Of a DNA stretch of 64,000 nt, positions 11,539 to 22,700 are shown in pieces; positions within the stretch are counted from its first letter, which is position 1, and the number at the start of each line of letters is the position of its first letter. The notes beneath the pieces were generated by a model, which saw only the letters and a list, made by a program, of their open reading frames with translations, ran no database searches and was not told the origin of the DNA. The translations under genes were made by a program, and so were the position numbers. Source of the stretch: Klebsormidium nitens (Eukaryota > Plantae > Klebsormidiophyceae); NCBI GenBank assembly GCA_000708835.1, contig DF237257.1:1-64000 (forward strand), read 5' to 3'.

Positions 11539-14500
11539 ATGCAGGCGGTGGGGAATTCTGGCGCTCTGAGCAGGCTCGTCCGCTTTCCTGCGACGCTCGT
11601 CGCGGCGCAACGGGTGCTTACAGGAGCAGACGGGGGACGTTCCTGCATTGCGTCCTACCATGGTCATATCAGAAACCCTGTGCCTCTCGGTTTAGCTTTG
11701 GAGAAGGTCCAGCTCTGGGCCGACGCCAGATGTTCCCCTTTGAACCCACACACTAACCCTGCCCTTAACCACGCCTTCTTCTCAACCTTCTCTGGCAAAA
11801 CCTCTAGGAAGAAGTCGTTTGCACCAGGCGGTGTCAGAGCGGCTGTCTCGTCGCGCCCTAAACCCTCTTCTAGACCAAGTTCCAAACCGTCTTCCAAACC
11901 CAATTTCAAGCCTGCCGGTCAAGCGGGCCCCCGACCAAACCCAAGAGACAAGGATGATGCCTTGACACCAAAGCGGGAGCCAGCGCCTTGGTTGATAGCT
12001 CGGGAAGATGTCAAGCGTCAAGCGAGCTCCGATAAAAAGGCCAGGAAACAAGAAGCAGAAGTGGACATCTTTGGAGTTCCTTTGGGGGAAAGAGGACCGC
12101 GAGAAGACGGGATGAAAGTTGGGGATTATGAGCCGCATGCCTTGAAGCTGAGATCAGCAGAGTTTATCATAAGCAGCACGGACGTGTCCAAGTGTCCTGA
12201 TACGGACAAGCCCGAGTTTGCGGTGGTTGGACGGTCCAATGTGGGGAAGTCGTCGCTGATCAACATGGTCACAAATAGAAAGAGCTTGGCAATGACGTCG
12301 AAGAAACCAGGTGATTGCCACAAATTTGCAACGCCGTTTGACATCTTTTGCAATCCAAGTGAGATTGAGTTTGCAAGTGCTGTCGATGAAATTGCATGAG
12401 GGGGTCCTATCGGACTAGACTGAAAGGCTATCAAGCGAAGTGGTTCTAGACAGACAGGATATTTTTGAGCAGTATCCAACTTGAAAAGCATCTGCCTCTT
12501 CATGGTTCTGCTTGCTATCTGTGTCACATACTTTCGCTGCCACCATAGAGAGGATCTCTCTGGCCTTTGTACATTGCGCTTGGGCCATTGAAGCAACAAA
12601 CGGATTTATGCTGCTTCTTTTCCGTTGGAGAATGCTTGGGCCAGCGGCAATCGGAATTTTACGAAGCCTCACAGTTTTCTTCTGGCCTCGTGGGCATTCG
12701 CTGTGTTTCCTGGATTATCCCCAAATTGTACTGTCCGCCTAAGAGGACCCTTGAAAGCTGATACTCTCTACAACGGAGAAAGTTCTAAGAGCAGTCTTGA
12801 AACTTTAGCCAGCTCTGAAGTTGACAGAAACTCGTCGTGCAGGCAAGACGCAAACAATCAACCACTTCTTGATCAACGACGATTGGTACCTGGTCGATCT
12901 TCCGGGTTATGGGTAAGCGGAGCTTTTGACCAGCCATGCTGTGCTCATACGTGGATCTAACCAGATGCCTTTCCTCTTAAGCAGCCTTGTATCACCCTCA
13001 AACAAGTCCGGGCACACCTTTACCCCACTGTAGTTGAAAACTTCCTGAAAGTTGTTGCGATTTAGTCAGCCCCCAGCCCCTGTTCGTCCAGACCGAAGAG
13101 AAGCCGAAGGTGTTCTCCTGGTCGGGCATAAAAGCAGCCCGAAGTGTACTCCTTAAGCAGTCTGATAGTGTGTTAGAGCAATGCGTATTAGTGTACTTTT
13201 AACCAGCTTGACTGTGCTCGTAACCCGCTCAGCCAAGTTCTGCCTTTAGCTCAGCCAGTATGCTCCGGTTCTGGGGTGAAACAAACGTATTGCCTTGACC
13301 ATCATTTCTAATGCATCGGCGAACATTCAGACGAGGGCCGCCTGAGGGACTGCACATGTGGGCCGCATTTTTGGGGATTTTGCCTTGGTGGGAGTAGCTC
13401 CCAAATATTGCCATTCAAAAGCATCAGTTTGAAGCCTAAGCCTCTCTCCAGACCTCCGGATTCCACACTATTCTACTGCCGCCAAAGTGGCTCGTCCAAG
13501 GTCACGCTGCCAAGCTAACAAGGATTGCGGTTCCTCCTCCATGTTCCAGAGATTTGCCTATAAACAACCACTTAAGCAATCAGATTTCAGGCCTCTGCAT
13601 TTCGGAGTTCCTTGTCTGCACTTCGTCTCGAACTCGTTTGGGCTCGTTGTACAATCCGTGACGTTTCGTTTCAACTCCTCTAGCGCCAGATCGGCAACGC
13701 AACCCAAGCAACGAGCTCAAGTCCGTTCTCTCATCCAGCCCGAGCCGTCAAATCTAGCGCTCTAAAGTCAACGTTTTTTTCTTTTCGCGCCAGGTATGCG
13801 GCCGCTCCCGGGAAGGCCCGCTCCGCCTGGAACGAGTTCACCAAGGACTACTTTTTAAACCGGAAGCAGTTGGTCACCGTTCTGCTCCTGATCGACGCCA
13901 GCATCGCCCCTCAGGAGATCGACCTCGAGTGTGCGGAGTGGCTTGGTGAAAATCAGGTATGGACCGGGACAGTGCTCTCGGGGCGTGTAGTAATTCTGGA
14001 TTGTCGGGCACCCATTTTAGATTACACGCTTGCCAGTCTTTGTTTCCGGACGCGGGCTGAACTCGATTACAGATGCTTGATTTTCAGAGCGACGGATGAC
14101 TGGCTTGCCGCAAAGATTGCATTTTAGAATGAATGTTGTTGACGGAAGAAGGTCCGGACTGCTCGATGCAAGATCGGGGTCCGACTTGGAGTGGGCCGAG
14201 AGAGGTTCTGTTTGTCGTACAGGCAGACTTCGAAGCCAGTACGGTTGTCACAATGCAAGACGACAAGTCAAAACGCTCTGTAAGAGGGAAAGCGTACAAA
14301 AGTCTATGTCAGGGTTTCTTTCTTCTACGTTTCATGGCTCTTGCGATCCTTGTCACTGAACTTTTGGCGTATCTTTGGCCTGGACGGACAGTGGCTGGGG
14401 CTGACTAAAATGCACCAAGTTTGAGGAAGTTTGCATCACGCTAACCTTCCGCTCCTCTCCCTTTTCCTGGTCTGATACCTCTCTTTATCATGCTCGACCA

Positions 14501-15026
14501 CCGAGACTGTATTTGAGTGCCCCTTGAAAATGCGTCTAAGGGCCCGCGACCACTAGGAGTAAATCTAAGCGTCGCTTCAAACTGCCTCTAGGGCTCGATA
14601 GCAAGAACGTGTAAGTCACAGAATTTCAGACATCGTTTGAAGAGGGCCGCGCCTTCTTCTGGAAGGGGTTCGATGCGCCTTCTGTATTCTTGAAATGAAT
14701 ACCTGGCTGTTCGCAGAAGCAACAAATTGTTCTGGCGACAGAAATATCTTGGGAACTTCTAAAACCCGCAACTCTTGACTAATTTCGAGCTTCTTAACGT
14801 GCAGGTTCCTGTGTCTCTCGTCTTCACCAAGTGCGACAAGCGGAAGAAGACAAAGGCGGGGGGGAAGCATCCGACGGAAAACATCGCCGACTTTGAGAGC
14901 ATGCTAAAGGAAACGTGGGACGAGCTGCCTCCCAAAATCCTCACGAGCTCCGTCACGGGGACGGGCCGGCACGAGCTGCTTTCGCACCTGTCGCAATTGA
15001 GAAGTTTCTGGAAAGATAGAGATTGA
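11539..15026 (+). CDS. engB: EngB/YsxC/YihA family GTPase, probably organelle-targeted (At5g11480-like), 4 exons
   Basis: Exons 11539-12310, 12843-12912, 13794-13956, 14805-15026. G1 [10 protein letters not shown]2 SKKPGKTQ, G3 DLPGYG, G4 TKCD, G5 TSS. Long Ser/Arg/Pro-rich N-terminal extension resembles a transit peptide. Confidence 0.95.
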
Positions 15027-16521
15027 GAAACAGGTTGGAGGGCAGACGTGCCTCCTCTAAATCTGGTGGAGCAGAAACGAAGACCTAATTTACAATCTGT
15101 ATGATCTTCAGTCAGTTCCGGCCTTGCGTTAAGCAGAAAGTCTTCTCTGATGATCAAGTTGTGCGAATTGAGAAGCACATGTTGTCATGCGAAAGCGTAT
15201 TCGGTCGTGTCTGTGCCTCTATCGTGCGTCAATCTGTTTGTGAACTGTGCATCAGATTCATCGAGCTCGGTCGACATTGTACAATTGGCCCCAGTGGCTC
15301 TGGTACCAGTGGGCTTGATTGATGGTACTAGTTTCTGGTTGCATAATAGGCCATAAATGTTCTGAATTTTGCGCCGGTCCAGACACCTGGCCGACATGAC
15401 CTCCTACGACCGAATCGGATAACGATGCGGGAATGATTTCGAAGCACAATCTGAATCCAGTTTTATACATGCATCGATCACCAACGATCGAAGGGCTTTG
15501 CCAGCGCGCAGAAGTTCCGGCCAAATAGCTAGCTATTAGCATGTTGTGGACAAGTAGCTGCGAGTTTTGTATATGGTGTTGGCATATAACCAACGCTGCG
15601 TACCGCCAGGACCTTCTACCCGAGTCCAAGTCTACGTACGTTGTTAAAACGCGATGGTCTTTTTTCAAGCACGCGATGTTGTGCCCGGCCTAGCATTACA
15701 TCTTCGAGTCGAGTTTGACGGCCCGCGGCCAAGCATCATGCGGATGCAAATACACGGCTCAGTACAAAAGCTCTGACGCCTTCCTGTAGTACGTCCACGC
15801 AGTCTACGCGCCCTTCAGAATCTTAGAAAAGACCCTCGTGCTGTGGGGAGCTTCGCCGAGCCTTGCTTGCAGTCATATGCCACATGGGCATATGTGCTTA
15901 TCCCGCATTGGAGGTTGAACAGCGGCTAGGAGGTCCATATGTTCGTTCTGAATCTGCTAACGCCCTTCTTTTGATGAGCAAAAAGCCACTGTTCCTACTG
16001 TCCGAGCAAATGATACTTGACTGGCTTTGAGCTTCTTCTTGAGCTGCCCCGTCGGACCCTGACATGAACGGCCGGCCGCAGGATCCTCCGGATCAGCAGA
16101 ACCCTCAGGATTTTTGTGCGCGCAGGGCGGCCGCGGTTTCGGGCTCGGTCGTCGGAGCGGCCGCGCGGCCGGCAGTATCGGAACCATCGAAGATCGATTG
16201 CCTGCTCGCTGCCATGCCTGCTCCCTGACACTGACATCACTGAGCACCCGAAGGTCGGACAAGCACAGTCAGCTTGAGCACTCTTCCGCCACCTCATCAG
16301 GTGCAGTCCACGGAGCAAGGACGACATTCTTCCTTCCCAGCTGTATAGAGGGGGCAGCAACGGGAACATACTTTCACAAACTCTCAGCGTCTTCAAAGAA
16401 ACGGCGCACATCTCCACCTCAGAAGAAGACGCGCAGGGGAGAACGTGTAGAAAGGAGAAAAGCAAAGATCAACCAGAGACGCCTCAACTTTCCTTGGCAC
16501 ATACATCCGAAGGCACACCTC

Positions 16522-17820
16522 ATGGCGGCCAGAGCGCAGGGAGCTCCGACGAAGAGGCAAACCAGCGCTTTTGACGTGCTCTATCCTGAGCTGGTGGACT
16601 ACATCGTGGAAAAAGCTGCAAAGTGTACTCCGTTGAAGCGGCTGGGAGGGGTAAACAAAGCTTTTCGAGAGGCTGCACGACGATGCAGCAGAACACTGGT
16701 GCTTGGTCCCATGCTTCAAAGGGTGGAGACCAGAACATGGAAGAGACCTCGAGCAGAGCAGCTTTGCGAAGCGCTCAGGGAAGAGATCAGCTTGCGACCA
16801 AGCCTGTGCAGCTTGGTACTGACTGGAGGAGAGGTGGTAAGTTGTCTTTCGGAAGTTCTGTCGCAGGTGCAGTGGACCAGCGTACAGGCACGTGCTGAAG
16901 GTACCCTGGACGTGCTTCTTCAACGCCTTCCTGCTTCGAGGCTCTCTTTGAAGAGCTTGGACCTGGACCTGAGCTCGGGAGGGAAGGCGGAGCTTGCCTT
17001 TGACGTGAACAAAGACATGAGGCGCATTCTCCAAGTGTTCCCCAACCTCGAGAATCTGAAACTGCGAGGAGACTGGTTCGCTCCTTGCGAGGCGACGAAC
17101 CAGCTCACAGACAAGGATGACCTGAACACCTGCCTCACCACCCTAGTTCTTTCCAGCTTCAAGCTGCCGCCTTGTTCACAAGTGTTCAAGAGCCTGTCTT
17201 TCCTCACAGCTCTCCGCTCGCTACAGCTTACTTGCGAGTTCGACGGCAGCCTGGCACTCTCCCCTTCTGCTTCCTGCTCTCTTCCTAGCTTGCAGGCCCT
17301 TCAGACCTTGCAGATAGACGTTTTTGATGAAGCTCTGGTGGATTCTCACTTCCTTCCCAACTTGGCAGAGCACTGTCCTAATCTGCAGCGCTTGCTGCTT
17401 CGCACAGTTCCCGTCTATGCACAGGGCAAATCTGTTGGCGAACTGGCGCCTCAAATTGCGGAGCTACAGGAAAAGTGTCCGCTGCTCGAGCAGATTGTCA
17501 TCAGCCGCAGCGAAATGTTGTTCAGAGCTCGGTTCTTGGAGGTTCTTGTTCAGTCTGACCTTGCACCAGAGGGTTATGTTGACATTTCAGACTTCAATGT
17601 TCCTATAATGAGCAAGAAGGGCTCGAAGATGCTCATTTTGGAGGACAGCACGCCCGAGGGGAGTGAGCTTTGGCGGGGATCTTGTTCTGTGACTTTGTTC
17701 CGGTTCGTAGTCCTGTTTCCATTCGAGGAGCGGCGGATCCCAGGAGACCGGAAACGGATCCAAAGACGGCTCCTGGGAAACGCTGCTGCCATCAGCAGCT
17801 GGTTTCACGCCTTTGTTTAA
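16522..17820 (+). CDS. F-box/RNI-like leucine-rich repeat protein, intronless, about 432 aa
   Basis: N-terminal FDVLYPELVDYIVEK...LGGVNKAFREAA is F-box-like, followed by LxxLxL repeats (LCSLVL, LKSLDL, LENLKL, LTTLVL, LRSLQL, LQTLQI, CPNLQRLLL, CPLLEQIVI). First suitable ATG at 16522. Confidence 0.7.
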   Translation: MAARAQGAPTKRQTSAFDVLYPELVDYIVEKAAKCTPLKRLGGVNKAFREAARRCSRTLVLGPMLQRVETRTWKRPRAEQLCEALREEISLRPSLCSLVLTGGEVVSCLSEVLSQVQWTSVQARAEGTLDVLLQRLPASRLSLKSLDLDLSSGGKAELAFDVNKDMRRILQVFPNLENLKLRGDWFAPCEATNQLTDKDDLNTCLTTLVLSSFKLPPCSQVFKSLSFLTALRSLQLTCEFDGSLALSPSASCSLPSLQALQTLQIDVFDEALVDSHFLPNLAEHCPNLQRLLLRTVPVYAQGKSVGELAPQIAELQEKCPLLEQIVISRSEMLFRARFLEVLVQSDLAPEGYVDISDFNVPIMSKKGSKMLILEDSTPEGSELWRGSCSVTLFRFVVLFPFEERRIPGDRKRIQRRLLGNAAAISSWFHAFV

Positions 17821-19748
17821 AGGTTGAGCGTGCTGCAAGACAGAGGCTTCTGTTGTTTGGTGGGGAGGTGTTTTAAATTCAGATCTTTCTTTGTTCATGC
17901 TGAGAGGAGCTGGTTCCAAAGAACTGAAAGCGTGTTTTGAGGGCTCCTCAATGAGATACGCACAGTCGATTTCTTGTATTCACAGGCAGCAAGACGTTTT
18001 ACCTTAGGCCCTCTCTTGACATTTTCTGATTTCTATAAAGATCAACCTAAGTATTGGGACCGTCAAGTGCTCGAGTCTGTCAAGATGTTTGCAAACAAAT
18101 GCTACGATCCGCCTGCTTTCTTTGTGGGGCAGGTACCGAAGACAGGAACCTGCCTCTTCGTCGGGACAACGGAAGGTCAGCTGGGCGATTGGTGTTCTGC
18201 ACATGAAAGGACGTAAGCAGGCAATTGGGAGCGGAACGAGAGGATTTGAGTGATACAGTGACATGAGAACAAAAGCAAGGAGGGAAAAAATCTTGCATGC
18301 GAGGACGGCGAATGTTGGTGCGACATTCATTATTCAGCTAGCATTGTTTAGAATAAACAAGCTAATCAAACCAAGCATAGCCGACTAAAGTAGCTAGCAT
18401 TGTCTCAAACATTGAAATGAACAAGCTACTCAAGTTAGCTAAGCATATAGCCAGTTGCATCAAAAGAAAGGTGACATGGAACATAAACCGCAAGCATAAT
18501 CACTCTCATCTCTAAGTGAGTGAAATGTTCAAGCTTCCCATTACACGATACTCTTTCTGCTACAACCTACAACACAACAGAAGATAATCAGACCGTCACA
18601 AAGGATCGTCGCTTCAATTTTTTGTCAAGGTTCGAAATCAAAGGCCATGGCATGTCATCAGCATCACATACAGGCGGCTCATGCAGTAGAACTTGCAATC
18701 TTTGTTCAACCGTTGGAACGGCCCGCAGAAGCTTGGGTTCAATGCTCGTCGACTCTTTTACTTGCTCGACGCGATTGGCCGGATAGTCGAGCTAGAGGGC
18801 GCAACGACCAGGCACCAAATGAGATGCATGCTCGCCCTAGAGGGACTGCCGATATCGCATGTTAACAAAAACCATTTGCAGCTATCGGGGTGAATTTGTC
18901 GCACTCGGCTGCATCTATATACTCCAATGATTAATATATAGCACGCATATGAATCGTAGATGCAAGAGATCATGTGTGTGTGCAATATGCATTTCTATGA
19001 AATCATATTGAGTTCCGCAAAGAGTCAGCGCGGCGCGCGGCCCGGCCCAGCCCATGCGTAGTGGTCGCCGTGAACCATTCGCGCGCAGGCCAGGCCAGGC
19101 TATGTCCACGTACGTTCAGTGGGTCCGATATCGCGGTACTGCATAGACGTCCGTCTCATGCAAGTGCCATCCTATACCACGATGTCGACACAGTACTTGA
19201 CAATAAAGCGGCGCGTGTCGAGATCGACGTGTTGAAGACATCACGAGGTTTGTTCTGAAACTCTAGGTGGAAGGTTCAGCCCCCGGATAAACATACTGAG
19301 CTAGTACATCATCCGGGGTTCATGATCTTGTGAGTGTATAATGACATGTACGACATTGCTCGTACATGTCAAGCACGGCAGCTGCCCTCGAATCGAGCAT
19401 AAGTATTTGTCACGCCAATCTGGCAAGAAGGATTGAGCCTAAGTATTGATCCCGACCAGCTTTATGAATGTCTGAAGGTCGTCAACTTTCCTGCTTATGC
19501 ACAGCTCTCGCCCTATACAGCCCAGGCACTCAGAACCATGGGGCCAGTTTATCGTTTAAAGAGACAAAATATACGTAGAAGTAGAAGCCCTAAAGGCCTG
19601 CCAGATGAAGGTGCCTCTTTTGCACCTATGAAGGTAGCCTACAAATCTTAGTTCTTGAAATGGTCGTCTGCACCGGGCGGGGACGTCTCAAATTGCGCCA
19701 AGTAACCTATCCCGACTCGTGCCAACACATCCGGCAAAAAACGCTCGA

Positions 19749-22700
19749 CTATAGTCGACTGGTCACGCCTTTTTGACTCGCGCATATTTGGAAAGCCGCC
19801 CGTGCCCCCGTGTCGAGCGCGGCCTGCAAGCAGGGGTTCACTCCTGGGTGCGTCGCCTCGCCCGCGAAAAACAGCCGGCCCTGGACCGGCTGCGAGAGCA
19901 CTCCCCGGGCTGAGTGTCCCCCCACCGAGGGGTGTGAATACGCTCCCCGGATGAACGGTTCGTCTGCCCAGTTTTCAATGTGGCCCCCGCTGAACGCCGC
20001 GGTCGCGGGATGTATGTCCGGGCTAACGTCAGCCACGCCGACGGCCTCGAAGAAGCACGACTCGAGCACGCGCAGCTTGAGCTCGTTCCCGTTCCCATCT
20101 TTGGCTCCGCTTCCGCTGGCGTCGCTGCTGACGTCAGCATGACGCTCGGGCGCCGCGAACATGGTGTCGAGCTGCGCGAGGAAGCGCTCGAAGATCTCCT
20201 TCTCGGGCAGTTGCGCGATCTGGTGCGCTTGGTCTCCGGCCACGAAGCCGATGGCTACGACCGCGCCGAGGAGCTTTGGGGGCGCCGGGTTGCGCTCCCG
20301 GGGGGCCGGGATGGCTGGCGGGGAGGGGGGGTAGGTCGTGAACCAGACCTCGGGGACGAAAGTGTGCGTGCAGACGACGTCGAAAAGATCGGCGGGCCAG
20401 AAGCGGTAAGAAAAGGCGCAGACGATCTGGCAGAAGAAGACGGGGAGGAATGGTTAAAGAGTTTCTCATCGCTATCATTCGTGATTGTAACACGTAGTGT
20501 CGGATAACATCACTCGTGGCTGGTCGACCGATTGTAGAATGCGCGTAGAAAGAATGTCAACAAAGAGCTCCAATGGAATTGCTGGGAACCTTCCCTGCAT
20601 GCCCCGTGCTTGCAGATGATTCTCTAGTCGTTTTTGAAGTTACTATTAACAGCAGGAAGACTCTGAAATCAGTGGGTCGACAGAGCGAGTCGGACGAAGC
20701 TTCGAAGCAAGAAGAGCGCAAAGCCAAGCTGACTCTTCCAGCCAAACGCAATGCAAATCATTTCTTTCACCTTCAGTCAGATTCTTGAGTCTCCTACCCT
20801 TTGGGTGTTGATTCCGAGGGTAACACGCCGTAACCGCGGGTGCAAATGCCCCTTCTCCGGGACTTCGCTTGTTAAGAGGTGGGCTGGCTCTTGGTAACGC
20901 CTTGACAAAAGCACCGGGTTTACCAGCCTCGCCCCTCCCGTCCAAGAACACAAAATCTTACCCTACCTCCAGCTGAGATGTAAACCAAATGTCGAAGCAC
21001 TGTAATGATCAAAGCAACCTCACCGCAAATGGGTTTTCTGTCCGTTTCAACGGACGCAAGGCCTCACCTTGAGGGCGGTGGACATGCCGATGGACCGGGC
21101 GGCCCGCAGCTTGGACTCGGAGAGAGGGGGGCAGAACTCGATGTCACCATCACGGAGCACAGTCTGCGGCGAGGATACGAAATAGGAATAGTAAGGAAAG
21201 AAACGAGGGCCTTCATTTGATCAAAATAGGGTTAGTAAGGAAGGAAACGAGGGTCTCCATTTGACCTTGAACAAGGACCCATGCCGGACCAAGAATGCTC
21301 CTCCAGCGGTAACATGCAAATCGTCTCTCGTGACGACCGGACGGCTCAGTCGCACTGCGAGCAGACATGGTGCAAAAAAGATAGAGCAAGCGGAACAGTT
21401 GGAGCAGCACAACTTTTCGACGGAGGCTGAAACAGGAAGATGCGACCAAGTCGAGCTCACGACGTTAGCAGAGCTCCGAGCCCACCGAATAAGAGGAAAC
21501 GTATTGACGGAGTTTGTCGAACCCGTTGAGACGGGAAGGGACCTGTCGAGACGACGAAGACGGCAGTGCTCTCAGACATGGAATGAGAAGCCCAGAGATT
21601 TGCGTGAGTGGGAGGTACAAGCGCTACGGGTAAAGACTTACAATGGGCACGGTAACAATTGCTCTATCGGCGAGGACCACGTTGGCTTCCCGGCTCGTCA
21701 GGCGCACCCCCGCCTCCGTCGAGTACTCGACCTGCTGTACTGGCCAGTTTTTTCGTACCTAAAAGCGAAAGTTCAACGTCTCGGGACAGGGAGACGTTCG
21801 ACCCACATTCTGCGGCGAAGTGGTGCCGTCTGATGTCCCCTTGCAAGCCACCCTTGCTTTCAACGCCCAGAGTAAACCAGAGATAGGCGATTGCCGTTCG
21901 TATGCGAACCGAAGGGCGTGAATAAACCTGAAGAAACAAGGCCTTTGAAAGGATCATTGCCAGGTGGACCAGGACACAGACGAAGCTTTTCTTAAGAAAT
22001 GACTTTCCAACCTAGATCGACGAGCACAGAAGACGACTACACACGCTCCTTGTGCGCACATCCCTTTCCTCTGCCAGTTTCGTCATCTTTTGGTGCCCTC
22101 CACTGCGACAGGTGCAACGAGTCCTTCGTTTCGCAATGCCAGGCGTCATCGCCAAACATTCGACATCTTCCATCGCAGGTGCTCAACTCAAATTTCTCAA
22201 TCGTGCCTTAGAAACACACACAAGAGACTTCCTCACCTCGAGTCCCTGCGCCAGGAAGTCGACGGCGGCCTGCAGCGGGCGGTCAAGGACGAAGTACGTG
22301 TCGCCGTAGCTCCAGTTCTGCGCCTCGTGGATGCTCTCGCGCACGCCCAGCGCGTCCAGCGAGCAGCCAAAGTCGTTGGCGTAGATGGCTGCAGCCGAGA
22401 GTCGAAATTGTTGTGTTTATTACCCGCCAATCTCGGGTTTAACTTTCTGCTCCTGCAAAGCACCCAGTTCGTCTAGCGAGCACCCAAAGTCGTTGGCGTA
22501 GGTGGCTGCGGTAGGGCGAACCCTTAAATCTTTGAGTTTGTATGGTTTCCTGCTGAAAAGTATGAAGTGTTACAAATCGCGCACGCCCTAGCCGTCCAGC
22601 GAGCACCCAAAGTTGTTGGCATAGATGGCTGCGGAAGCGTAAGGAGCTCAGGCTTTCGACGTTCTGCAAGTTTCACCCAATCGATGTTCTGTGAACTTCA

